Source: an uncultured delta proteobacterium
GTDB lineage: Bacteria > Myxococcota_A > Polyangia > Palsa-1104
Direction of reading: 5' to 3'
NCBI GenBank assembly: GCA_963785725.1
Contig: CAWAWS010000016.1
Location: forward strand, 384,001 to 448,000
Length of the DNA stretch: 64,000 bases
Part shown: positions 9,311-20,849 of the stretch, piece by piece
Layout: every line of letters begins with the position of its first letter
Position numbering within the stretch: position 1 is the first letter of the stretch
Made by a program: the position numbers and the translations under genes
Notes under the pieces: generated by a model
Databases searched by the model: none
What the model saw: the letters and a program-made list of their open reading frames with translations, nothing else
Told to the model about the DNA's origin: nothing

Positions 9311-12300
9311 GTGAGCGGACTGGTACTGGCGTGCTTCTTTCTATCGGGCGCTTCCGGCCTGGTGTTCGAAGCGGTATGGACACGCGAGCTGACGCTCGTG
9401 TTCGGCTCGACGGCGCTGGCGATGTCGACGGTGCTGTCGGTCTTCATGGGCGGCTTGGCCGTCGGCTCGTGGCTGGCCGGCCGTTGGGCCGACAAGATCG
9501 GCGACCGCGTGCGCGCTTACGCGCTGGCCGAGGCCGGCGTCGGCGTCTACGCGCTGGTCGTGCCGTTCGTCTTGGCGGGCTATCCGGCGCTGAACGCGGC
9601 CATGTATCGCGTGCTCGGCAATTCGCTCGTCGGGCTGTCGCTGGCGCGCTTCATCGCCGCTGCCCTGCTCTTGCTCGTGCCGACGACGTTGATGGGCGCG
9701 ACGTTGCCGCTCTTGTCGCGCCATTTCGTGCGCGACGACGGCACCTCCACCATCGCCGGCACCGTCGGCAGGCTCTACTCGCTCAACACGTTCGGCGCGG
9801 TCGTCGGCACCTTCATCGGCGGCTTCGTCCTCTTGCCCGGCGTCGGCGTCCGCGCCACGAATTATGCGGCTGCAGCCACCAACTTGACGCTCGCCGCCGC
9901 CGTCCTCCTCGCGAAAAAGCGCCTGCGCGTGCGCGAAGACGACCTGTCGACGATGGAGATCCCCGTCGATCCCGACGCTGCAGTCGTCGCGCCGCCGCCG
10001 ACTTACTCGGCGAGCGCCATCGGCCGCCGCGTCGCGTTGGCCGCGTTCGCCGTCTCCGGCGCCATCGCCATGGTCGACCAAGTCTTATGGACGCGCGCGC
10101 TCGCCATCATCATCGGCAGCTCCGTCTACTCCTTCACTTTGATCTTACTAGCATTTTTGGTCGGCCTCGCGGGCGGCGCGGCGATCTTGTCGCGCCTGAC
10201 CGCGCGCACGACGCGACCGATGGAGTGGCTCGCCGGCGTGCACCTCGCCACCGCCGCCATGATCGGCGTCTCCTACGTCATCATGGACAAGCTGCCCGCG
10301 GCCTTCTTGGGCCTCTTGCGTGGCGGCGCCTTTTCCGTCGACGGCATCATCTTCTGCCAGTTCCTCTTGGCCGCGCTCGCGGTGTTGCCGGCCACGTTGT
10401 GCATGGGCGGCGTTTTGCCGCTGACCATCCGCGTCGTCGCCGCCAGCCTGCAGTCGGTCGGCCGCGACGTCGGCACCGCCTACTCCATCAACACGTTGGG
10501 CGCGATCGTCGGCTCGTTCGCGGCCGGCTTCATCGTGCTGCCGTTCCTCGGCCTCCAGCGCGGCTTGGCGTTGGGCGCGATGTTGACGGTGCTGCTGGCC
10601 GCCGCGCTCTTGATCGCGGCGCGCCCGTCGGTCAAGCGCGTGGCGACGGCGCTGGTGTTCCCGCTGGCGACGCTCGTCATCATGCATTCCTTGCCGCGCT
10701 GGAGCCTGACCCACTTCTCGGCGGGCCTGTTTCGCGTCTCGATCGCCAAGGACATCATCGAGTCGAACAAGTGGGCGCTGCCGCTGCTCGACTACTATCA
10801 CGACGGCATCGCGACGACGGTGAGCGTCGAGCGCTGGTCGAAGACGGTGGCGCTCAAGAACAACGGCAAGGTCGACGCCTCGAACGGCGATGACATGTCG
10901 ACGCAGATCATGGTCGGGCTCATGCCCTTCGTGTTCTGGAACGCCGCGCATCCGAACGCGACCGTCGGGCCGCGCGCCGCCGTCATCGGCTTCGGCTCGG
11001 GCGTGACCATCGGCGCCGTCACGCAATATCCGATCAAGCACGCCGACGTCGTCGAGCTCGAGCCGGCCGTGGTCTACGCGGGCACGAAATATTTCGCGAA
11101 GTGGAACCACATGCCCGAGCAGAACCCGAAGGTGCGCGTGCTCATCGGCGACGGGCGCAACTTCCTGACGCAGGCGTCGGACAAGTACGACGTCATCATC
11201 TCCGAGCCGTCGAACCCGTGGATCACCGGCGTCTCCAACCTATTCACGGTCGATTACTGGAAGCTGGCGCGCTCGCGGCTGGCCGACGACGGCGTCTTCT
11301 GTCAGTGGGCGCAGCTGTACGAAATGTCGTCGAAGAACATCAAGATCATCCTGCGCTCGTTCGCCGAGGTCTTCCCCTACACCTACGTGTTCTCGGCCGA
11401 GGATCTGTCGTCGGACGTCATCTTGGTGGCGACGAATCATCCGCTGCCGCTCGACGTCGCGGCGTTGGCGCGCAACTTCATCGACCCGACGTTGAAGGCC
11501 GAGCTCAAGCGCGGCGGCGTCGAATCGGCCGAAGACCTCGTCTCGTATTTGCTGCTGACGCCCGACGAAATCCCGGCGTTCACGGCCGGCTCGCCGCTCA
11601 ACACCGACGACGACGCCATCATCGAGTTCGGCGCGCCGCGCGATCTGCTCGGCTCGACGCGCACGGCCGATCCCTACTTGGCGCGCGTCTACGCCAGCGA
11701 ATGGCCCTATGGTCGCTTCGATCGTTACTTGGTCGGCCTCGGCGACGGTGACGCCAAAGCCGCGACCGAGCTGCGTCTGGCGCACTCGCTGCTCGCGCAC
11801 GGCAAGCGCGCGGCCGCCGATCGGTTCATCAAGCGCGCCCGTCGCCACGGCGCGCCGCCCGGCTCACGCACGGAGCAGATCGCGCAGCTGCTCGGCGAGC
11901 ACGACCCCGACGATCGCGAGGTGCCGCTGTCCGAGACCGCGCCCGGCGACGATGATCCGACGGGCCTGGCCGGCCTCGATCCGCCGATCTTGCCGAGCGA
12001 TCCGCGCGCCGCGCAGGATTATCTCGTCGTGCAAAAGGCGGTGCGGCTGCGGGCGTGGGCGCATGCGTTGATGGCGATGCGCAAGTGGCCGGAGAACTGG
12101 ATCGATCAAGGCGGCAAAGATCTCGAGCTCCTGCTCGGCTATCTCTTGTACAAGGCCGACCTCGACGACGAAGCGGTCGATCGGTTGAAGCCGCTGGCCG
12201 ACGATCAAGCGTACGCGGCGCGCCGCCCGGCCGTGCTCTATTACTTGGCGCGCGCCGAATATGGCAACGGCATCTTCGAAGCCTCGGTGCGCAACACGGA

Positions 12301-12400
12301 GCGCTATCTCGACGCGGTCACGGCTTCCAAATCAGCGAGCCCGCGTCCGAGCTCGGCTCCGGCGGCGGCTCCGGCTGCTGCGTCGACTCCGGCGCCCTGA
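9311..12400 (+). CDS. Fused membrane (MFS-like)/spermidine synthase-like SAM-binding protein with C-terminal TPR-like region
   Basis: Duplicated TM halves (FFLSGASGL..., GRLYSLNTFGA, GTAYSINTLGA); NNGKVDAS, IGFGSGVT, VELEP, GDGRNFL and YDVIISEPSNPW motifs. Confidence 0.88.
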   Translation: MSGLVLACFFLSGASGLVFEAVWTRELTLVFGSTALAMSTVLSVFMGGLAVGSWLAGRWADKIGDRVRAYALAEAGVGVYALVVPFVLAGYPALNAAMYRVLGNSLVGLSLARFIAAALLLLVPTTLMGATLPLLSRHFVRDDGTSTIAGTVGRLYSLNTFGAVVGTFIGGFVLLPGVGVRATNYAAAATNLTLAAAVLLAKKRLRVREDDLSTMEIPVDPDAAVVAPPPTYSASAIGRRVALAAFAVSGAIAMVDQVLWTRALAIIIGSSVYSFTLILLAFLVGLAGGAAILSRLTARTTRPMEWLAGVHLATAAMIGVSYVIMDKLPAAFLGLLRGGAFSVDGIIFCQFLLAALAVLPATLCMGGVLPLTIRVVAASLQSVGRDVGTAYSINTLGAIVGSFAAGFIVLPFLGLQRGLALGAMLTVLLAAALLIAARPSVKRVATALVFPLATLVIMHSLPRWSLTHFSAGLFRVSIAKDIIESNKWALPLLDYYHDGIATTVSVERWSKTVALKNNGKVDASNGDDMSTQIMVGLMPFVFWNAAHPNATVGPRAAVIGFGSGVTIGAVTQYPIKHADVVELEPAVVYAGTKYFAKWNHMPEQNPKVRVLIGDGRNFLTQASDKYDVIISEPSNPWITGVSNLFTVDYWKLARSRLADDGVFCQWAQLYEMSSKNIKIILRSFAEVFPYTYVFSAEDLSSDVILVATNHPLPLDVAALARNFIDPTLKAELKRGGVESAEDLVSYLLLTPDEIPAFTAGSPLNTDDDAIIEFGAPRDLLGSTRTADPYLARVYASEWPYGRFDRYLVGLGDGDAKAATELRLAHSLLAHGKRAAADRFIKRARRHGAPPGSRTEQIAQLLGEHDPDDREVPLSETAPGDDDPTGLAGLDPPILPSDPRAAQDYLVVQKAVRLRAWAHALMAMRKWPENWIDQGGKDLELLLGYLLYKADLDDEAVDRLKPLADDQAYAARRPAVLYYLARAEYGNGIFEASVRNTERYLDAVTASKSASPRPSSAPAAAPAAASTPAP

Positions 12401-13418
12401 CGATCTTCTCGAACAGGCGCGCGACGAACGGGTTGGCGGCCGCCGGCACCGACGCGTCGAGCGTCAACGCCGCCGCCGTGGTGCACAGCCGCGCGTTCTC
12501 GAGCTGACCGTCGCCGGCGAGCAAGAGCGCCGACTCGTACAGCCGATCGGCGTAGCGCATGCGCCATTCGACGGTCATGCGCTCGTCGGCCACGCCCTGC
12601 ACCGCCTCGTGCATCTGCTGCAGCCGCTGCTTCGGATCGAGGATGAGCTTCGACGTCACGATCTTACCGATCTGCAAGTCGACCTCGGCCAACGACTCCT
12701 CGGGCGGGATCCACATGCGCAGCTCCGGCAGATTGTGCAGCGCCGCCAGCCGATCGCGTGCCTCCTCGATAGGCAACGGCGGCGCCAGATCGATCGCCGG
12801 ATGGCGCGCCTCGGGCTCGTAATGGCCGAGGCTCAGCCGGGCGCGCGCGAACGCCTCGGGCACCGTGCGGTTGGCGGCGAGCGTCTGCCGATAGCCGGCC
12901 TCGACGAGGACGCGCGCGTGGCGCTCGGAGATGCGGCCGACGCGCAGCCGGCCGTCGGCGATGACGCGCGCGGCGTGCTGGCGCCACTCCTTGCGCGGCG
13001 CGTTGGCGATGGTGAAGCCGAGGATGCCGCGCGACTCCGACAGCTGCGCCTCGAAGACGTCGAAACCATTGTCGGCCGCGCGCACGAGCCACACGACGCG
13101 CTCGCCGCGGCCATCGATGATCGAGGCCAGCGACAGATCTTCGGTCGGCGCATGCGGACCGACGGGACGGAACTCGTGTTTGATGGGCGCCGGCGCGGCC
13201 ACGCCTTTGGTGCGCAGGACGTGCAGCGCTTTGCGCGCCAGCTTCGCCAGCGCCTTGTCGGTCGCTTCGCCGAGACGATTGAGACGCGCCGCATCGCCGC
13301 GGGCGCGTAAGGTTTCGACGAGCGCGGCGCCCTCGGCTGCGGTCAGCGCCGTCGGCAACAGATCGGCGTCGTCGTCGAGGAAGGCGCGGGCGGCGGGCGG
13401 AAGCTCGGGTTGCGACAT
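12318..13418 (-). CDS. Hypothetical protein
   Basis: 366-aa ORF with protein-like composition; TAACGT 9 nt before ATG; overlaps the convergent gene by 83 bp. Confidence 0.7.
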   Translation of the reverse strand: MSQPELPPAARAFLDDDADLLPTALTAAEGAALVETLRARGDAARLNRLGEATDKALAKLARKALHVLRTKGVAAPAPIKHEFRPVGPHAPTEDLSLASIIDGRGERVVWLVRAADNGFDVFEAQLSESRGILGFTIANAPRKEWRQHAARVIADGRLRVGRISERHARVLVEAGYRQTLAANRTVPEAFARARLSLGHYEPEARHPAIDLAPPLPIEEARDRLAALHNLPELRMWIPPEESLAEVDLQIGKIVTSKLILDPKQRLQQMHEAVQGVADERMTVEWRMRYADRLYESALLLAGDGQLENARLCTTAAALTLDASVPAAANPFVARLFEKIVRAPESTQQPEPPPEPSSDAGSLIWKP

Positions 13419-13481
13419 GGCCCGCCGACGTTAGCGCCGGGCGGCGCCGATGACAATCGGACGATCGCCGGCGCCTCGGCG

Positions 13482-14087
13482 TCAGTAAGCGATGAAGCTG
13501 CCGCCGAGCACGAAGCTGAGCGCGCTGCCGACCGGCAGATAGTCGAGCTGCAGCGCGACGGTGACGGCGCCGCGGCCGAGCCACGCGTCGAAGCCGGCGC
13601 GCGCGCCCGCGGTCGCGAACGTCGCCGCCGCCGGACAGGCGCCGGGCACTTCGCGGGCGCCCGCTTGACCACCGAGGCCGGCGTGCACCTGCACCCACGG
13701 GTCGAGCCAGGCGGCGGAGCGGCCGTTGCCGAGATCGGCGCGGATGCCGAGCGCGCCCGACGCGGCGTTGGGGCGCATGCCGCGGCCGCAGCGCGTGGAG
13801 TATTCGCCGGCCAGCGTGCCCACGACATCGCCGTCGAGCGACAGCGGTCCCCACACGCGCACGCCGAGCTCGAGCAGCGTGGGAAAGCGCGTCACGTATT
13901 CACCGTCACCGAGGCGGCTGCCGCCGAAGCCTTGCGCCAGCGTCGCGCGCAGCTTCCAGCGCGGCGTGTCGGCGCGCGGCGTCAAGGGCGGCGTGTATTG
14001 GCGCTCGTCGCCGCGCGCAGCCGTCACCCACGTCACGCCGATCGCGACGATGGCGACCACGAAGCCAGCCTGAAGCGCGCAGCGCAT
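13482..14087 (-). CDS. Putative small outer-membrane beta-barrel protein
   Basis: Signal peptide (MRCALQAGFVVAIVAIGVTWVTAARG), alternating beta strands, C-terminal aromatic residue (FVLGGSFIAY). Confidence 0.55.
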   Translation of the reverse strand: MRCALQAGFVVAIVAIGVTWVTAARGDERQYTPPLTPRADTPRWKLRATLAQGFGGSRLGDGEYVTRFPTLLELGVRVWGPLSLDGDVVGTLAGEYSTRCGRGMRPNAASGALGIRADLGNGRSAAWLDPWVQVHAGLGGQAGAREVPGACPAAATFATAGARAGFDAWLGRGAVTVALQLDYLPVGSALSFVLGGSFIAY

Positions 14088-14207
14088 CCGCCCGAGCGTC
14101 GCCGGCTGTCGTCCGCGCGTCAAGCGCGACAACGCGCCTCTCGCCGCACGAAGCCCTGCATCGGCGCGCACTTTTGTGCATCGCAGCCGTCGAGCATGCT
14201 ATCTCCA

Positions 14208-16402
<2,195 letters not shown>

Positions 16403-16406
<4 letters not shown>

Positions 16407-16831
16407 GTGGCGGTAAACCGACGACGCCGCTGTTGACGGTGGACATCATCATCGAAATCAAAGGCGGGATCGTGCTCATCGAGCGCAAGAACCCGCCGCC
16501 GGGTTGGGCGCTGCCGGGCGGTTTCGTCGACGTCGGCGAGTCGCTGGCGCAGGCAGCCGTGCGCGAGGCGCGCGAGGAGACGTCGTTGGACGTGACGCTC
16601 GACGAGCAGTTCTTCGCATACTCCGATCCCAAGCGCGATCCGCGCGGCGCCACGGTTTCGGTGGTCTTCTTGGGCCACGCCGACGGCGAGCCGAAAGCGG
16701 CCGACGACGCCAAGAACGTGCGCGTCTACACGCTCGATGCGCTGCCCGAGCTGGCCTTCGATCACGCGCAGATCCTCGAGGACTACCGCCGCTTGCGCCA
16801 ATCGGGCACGCATCCGCCGGTGTCGCGATGA
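16403..16831 (+). CDS. NUDIX hydrolase
   Basis: Nudix box [33 protein letters not shown] and LAFDH; ATGA overlap with the sulfatase. Confidence 0.9.
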
Positions 16832-17379
16832 GCATTCTCATCGACGAGAGCGACAAGGTGGAGCTCTTGCGCATCGCGCGGGCGACGTTGCGCGAGTATT
16901 TGGCGACCGGCTTCTTGCCGCCGGGCGCGCCACACCGCGAGTCCCTGCTCGAGCCGCGCGGGGCGTTCGTGACCTTGCACGTGGCCGGCGAGCTGCGCGG
17001 TTGCATCGGCCGCGTCGACGCCGACACGCCGCTCTATTTGGCGGTCGAGCAGCTGGCGGTGGCGGCGGCGACGCGCGATCCACGCTTCGAGCCGCTGCGC
17101 GCCGAGGAGCTGCCCGAGACGCGCGTCGAGCTGTCGCTGCTGTCGAAGCCGGAGCGGCAGCGGCCGGACGACGTCGAGCTCGGCAAGCATGGCGTCATCA
17201 TCACGCGCGGCGTGCGTCGCGGGCTGTTGTTGCCGCAAGTGGCGCTCGACCAGGGCTTTACGCGCGAGCAGTTCCTCGACGAGACGTGCGCCAAGGCGGG
17301 CCTGCCGCCGGGCGCCTGGCGCGAGCCCGAGACCGTGCTCGAGACGTTCACCGCCGACGTCTTCTCGGAACGCGCCTAA
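16828..17379 (+). CDS. amrA: AmmeMemoRadiSam system protein A (AMMECR1 family)
   Basis: GAFVTL, LRGCIG, DPRF, GLLLPQV and CAKAGL motifs; ATGA overlap with the NUDIX stop. Confidence 0.9.
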   Translation: MSILIDESDKVELLRIARATLREYLATGFLPPGAPHRESLLEPRGAFVTLHVAGELRGCIGRVDADTPLYLAVEQLAVAAATRDPRFEPLRAEELPETRVELSLLSKPERQRPDDVELGKHGVIITRGVRRGLLLPQVALDQGFTREQFLDETCAKAGLPPGAWREPETVLETFTADVFSERA

Positions 17380-17467
17380 ACGCGCGCGCCCTCATCCGCA
17401 AAATGTAGTTGGAGTAGGCATTGAGCGGGCGGCGCGCCGCAGCTGGCGCGCCGCTCGTGACGTGCGA

Positions 17468-18307
17468 CTACGACGCGCCGCCCGACGCCGCGGCCTTGGT
17501 CGCGTCGTCGATGCCCTTCTTGGCCTTGTGCTGCCACTTCGGCAGGAAGTGCGCGTCTTCCGGCGTCGGCTGCGCCGCCAACACCCGCTGATAGTGCTGC
17601 TTGGCCTCGTCGTACTTCTCGGCCTTGACCAGCGCGTTGCCGAGCAAGAGGTCGTTCAGCGGCCAATCGGCGCCTTGCGGCGTCTTCAACGCCAACTGCA
17701 GCAGCTCGACGCCCTTGTCGGGATCGCCGATCGAAGCCGGCCACGGCGGCGCCTCGGCATACAGCGCGCCCAACGAGCGCGGCGGCCCGCCGTGATCGTA
17801 GCTGGCGTCGATCTGCATCGCCCGCTTCCAGGCGTCGCGCACCGCCGGCACCATGAACTTGGCGCCCACCAGCTTCGTCGTCGCCGAGAATCCTTGGTCG
17901 ATGCCGCTGTAATAATGCCCTTCGACGCCCTTCGGGTTCAGCTTGACGGCGGCCTTGGCGTAGTCGGCCCCGTGACTGCTGAAGTTCGCGCGCTTGCTCT
18001 TGTCGTCGTACTGGTCGTCTGCCAGCCACGCGCACAGGCGCGCCGCTTTCCACGCCGCTTCGTAGCTCTGCGGGTCGAGCGCCTGCGCCTTCTGGAGCGC
18101 GGTGAGCGCGTCCTCCATCTCGCTCGTCGTGGCGTAGCTGTTGGCGTTGGCTTTCACCAGCGTGTCGTCGGCGATCTTGATCAGATCCTCGACCTTGTTC
18201 GGCATCTTGTCGGGCGTTGTTTTGCCCAAGGTGGTGATGCGCGGCACGCAACCGATCGACAGCGGTGCCAGCCACAGCAACAGCGCCAGTCCCCCCAGGC
18301 GCCTCAC
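17468..18307 (-). CDS. TPR lipoprotein, TRAP-TatT-like
   Basis: GTG 18307 start, lipobox LSIG|C, helical repeats; IDASYDHGGPPRSLGALYAEAP.WP.SIGD motif resembles the TatT-like family. Confidence 0.65.
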   Translation of the reverse strand: MRRLGGLALLLWLAPLSIGCVPRITTLGKTTPDKMPNKVEDLIKIADDTLVKANANSYATTSEMEDALTALQKAQALDPQSYEAAWKAARLCAWLADDQYDDKSKRANFSSHGADYAKAAVKLNPKGVEGHYYSGIDQGFSATTKLVGAKFMVPAVRDAWKRAMQIDASYDHGGPPRSLGALYAEAPPWPASIGDPDKGVELLQLALKTPQGADWPLNDLLLGNALVKAEKYDEAKQHYQRVLAAQPTPEDAHFLPKWQHKAKKGIDDATKAAASGGAS

Positions 18308-18356
18308 CGCTTCACCGACCGTCGCTCGAATGTGGCGTGTTTCGCTCGGCGGCCGA

Positions 18357-19172
18357 TCACTTGTCGAACCGGCGCGCAGCGGCGTCGAACGCGGCCTTGT
18401 TCGGCGGCGCGATGGTGTCGATGAACATCGACTCGCACACCGCCTTGCCCTTGGCGTCGCCGCACAGCTTCGGCAGCGCCTTGGCGAACGCCGCGCGATC
18501 GGCGGGCGTCGCATTCTTCGTGAACACCACGACCGGCGTCGGCGGCAGCGCCGGCGACGTCCAAATCACCTTCAGGTCGGGCGCGATCTCCTTCATTTGC
18601 GCCAGCTGCTCGTCGTCGATGAGCGCCGCGTCCGCATCGCCGCGATCGACGGCCTTGATCGGCTTCGAAGGCTGCGCCGTCTTCGAGACGACGAAATAGG
18701 TCGCGACGTCGATCTTGCCGTCGAACCCCACTTGGCTGACGTACTTCGGCGACGCCAGGTGATTCGAGCTCAGCTTCTTGCCCTTCAGATCGGCCAAGCT
18801 CTTGAAGGTCGTGCCTTTGACGATGAGGCTGTAGTGACCTTTGTTGAACGTCTTGCCCTTGACCTCGGCGATCGGCTCCAGCGCCTCTTTCTTGCGCAGG
18901 TCGAGGTAGATCTCGGGATCCAAGATGGCGAAGCCCGGCTTGCGCTCGGCGATAACCTTTTCGAGGCTGGCGATGTCGTCGACCCATTCGCCTTTGGCGG
19001 CGTTGGCCGGCCAACCCGTCAAGCCCTCGGCGAGTCGTAAGAACTGATCGATGTACGGCTGGGCATTCGCGGCGTTGGCTCCGGCGCCGGCGTGCTCGGC
19101 GACGAAGTCGCGTCCGCCGGCGAAGGCTGCGGATGAGACCAACAGGGTGCCTAAGAATATCGCTCGCTTCAT
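18357..19172 (-). CDS. PhnD/SsuA/transferrin-like periplasmic binding protein
   Basis: GGAGG RBS, signal peptide ending AFA; LADLKGKKL, AVDRGDADAALID and VIWTSPALP motifs. Confidence 0.75.
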   Translation of the reverse strand: MKRAIFLGTLLVSSAAFAGGRDFVAEHAGAGANAANAQPYIDQFLRLAEGLTGWPANAAKGEWVDDIASLEKVIAERKPGFAILDPEIYLDLRKKEALEPIAEVKGKTFNKGHYSLIVKGTTFKSLADLKGKKLSSNHLASPKYVSQVGFDGKIDVATYFVVSKTAQPSKPIKAVDRGDADAALIDDEQLAQMKEIAPDLKVIWTSPALPPTPVVVFTKNATPADRAAFAKALPKLCGDAKGKAVCESMFIDTIAPPNKAAFDAAARRFDK

Positions 19173-19222
19173 GTATCCTCCGACGAGAGCCGCGCGAGTT
19201 TTATTCCCCGACACCCCTCACG

Positions 19223-20824
19223 TCAATACGTGAAGCGCGCCTTGAGGAAGACTTCACTCGCTCCTGCGGCCGGATCGCCAAATTTGGTGTCGTGATCGCC
19301 TAGGAAGACGAAGCCGCCCACCGATAGTTCCGTCGCGTCCCAGACCGCCCACGCGATCTGCGGAAACAAGACGGAAGTGAACTTCGGATCGTGATCGCCC
19401 ATCTGCGGGATCTTGAAGACGCCGAAGAAGCGCAAGAGCAGCTGATCCGAGAAGAGCTTGAAGTCGCTGCCGAGCACGATGTACTGGCCGAGGCGCGATT
19501 CACAGCGCGGCGCATCGCCGATCTGCGCGTGCGCGTAGGCGTAGCACTGCTGGCCGGCGCCGAACTCGTCGATGAAGCCGCGCACGTACTGCAAGTTCGA
19601 GTAGAGCCACTTGGTCCACGTGTAGTCGAGGCCGGCCGTGAGCTTGACGAACGGCTCCGACGGAATGACAGTGCCACGCTGCGCCTCCGGGTAGGTCTGA
19701 ATGAGGTTATAAGCATTCGAACCGTCCGGGAGCTTTTGGCCGTTCTTTTGGAACGTAATCGGATCGTGACCGCCAAAAAGCTCGTTGTAGACGCCGTAGG
19801 TGATCTTCTGCGGGAAGTAGAGGCCCGCTTCCGCCCAATAACCGAGGCCCTTGAGCGCGTCGATGGAGCCGGCGAGATCGGCGCCGAGGACGTCCATGCG
19901 CGGCCACATGACGATGACGTCGACCTGGCCGGCGGGCTTGTTGATGGCCCACGCCGGCGTCGGCAAGCCGAAGCGGCCGTGATAGTAGGACAGCGACATG
20001 TCGAGGCCGCCGAAGCGACCGGCGGCGCGCAAGCCCACCTGCGAGTTGGCCATCGAAGGATCGGGCTGCATCGTGTAGACGTTGACCTGCTTCGGGTCGA
20101 CGAGCGCCGCGAACTGACCGAGCTTGTTGCGGATGTCCTCTTCTTGCACCGGCGCCGGACGCTGCGGCTCGGTGACCGCCAGCGGCGCCGTGCGCGGCAG
20201 CTGCGCCGGGCGGAAGATCGGCACCCACACCGCGGTGACGATGAGATCGCCCCACGGATTCCAGTCGGCGCGAATCATGTTGTTGCCGAGCGCCTTACCG
20301 AAGAGCAGCGCGTCCGACAGATCGAGCGTGTTGATGTTGTTCGTCGGGTTGAACTTGTCGCCCGTGCCCCAGACGACGACCTGACGACCGACGCGTAGAT
20401 CGAGGTGCGGCAAGATTCGGTAGACGTCGACATAGGCGCTCGACGCTTCCAGGCGATAGGGATCGACGTCTTCGTGCAGCGTGTTGGAGTCGATGTCGTT
20501 GACGTCCGAGTAGCCGTACCAATAGAAGTCGACGTCGGCGACCGCCTTGACCTTGTCCGAGATGCTCAAGGTCAGCTGCGCTTTGATGAGGTTCTCGTTG
20601 CGCGAGAAGCCGTACTTGAGCAGCCGCTCTTGCGACGGGAAAGGCACCGTCGCCGTCGGGCTCAGCGGCGGGACCTCCTCGCCGCCGAGACGAAAGCGGA
20701 TGTCGCTGGAGATTTGGCCGCCGAACTTGATGTCGACGTCGGCCCACGCCACCGACGTCACGAAACAGCTCAGCCCGACCGTGAAGAGGATTGCAACCTG
20801 CCGACACCCCCGTGTCGACATCAT
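19223..20824 (-). CDS. DUF1302-like outer-membrane beta-barrel protein
   Basis: Signal peptide; AYVD...LDLRVGRQVVVWGTGDKFNPTNNIN motif; C-terminal beta-signal LKARFTY. Confidence 0.7.
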   Translation of the reverse strand: MMSTRGCRQVAILFTVGLSCFVTSVAWADVDIKFGGQISSDIRFRLGGEEVPPLSPTATVPFPSQERLLKYGFSRNENLIKAQLTLSISDKVKAVADVDFYWYGYSDVNDIDSNTLHEDVDPYRLEASSAYVDVYRILPHLDLRVGRQVVVWGTGDKFNPTNNINTLDLSDALLFGKALGNNMIRADWNPWGDLIVTAVWVPIFRPAQLPRTAPLAVTEPQRPAPVQEEDIRNKLGQFAALVDPKQVNVYTMQPDPSMANSQVGLRAAGRFGGLDMSLSYYHGRFGLPTPAWAINKPAGQVDVIVMWPRMDVLGADLAGSIDALKGLGYWAEAGLYFPQKITYGVYNELFGGHDPITFQKNGQKLPDGSNAYNLIQTYPEAQRGTVIPSEPFVKLTAGLDYTWTKWLYSNLQYVRGFIDEFGAGQQCYAYAHAQIGDAPRCESRLGQYIVLGSDFKLFSDQLLLRFFGVFKIPQMGDHDPKFTSVLFPQIAWAVWDATELSVGGFVFLGDHDTKFGDPAAGASEVFLKARFTY

Positions 20825-20849
20825 GCGTGCAACACTAGAACATGTTTCA

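Noticed and set aside
9311..12400. Calling the gene speE or treating the fusion as novel
   Set aside because: Membrane/spermidine-synthase-like fusions are a known family, and aminopropyltransferase activity cannot be inferred from the sequence.
13410..14207. N-terminal extensions in the ORF track (sulfatase from 13410; likewise MMPL 23864, HU 25284, gloA 56766, DksA 53827, phosphatase 33352)
   Set aside because: They overlap other real genes or promoters and lack family similarity; downstream starts fit better.
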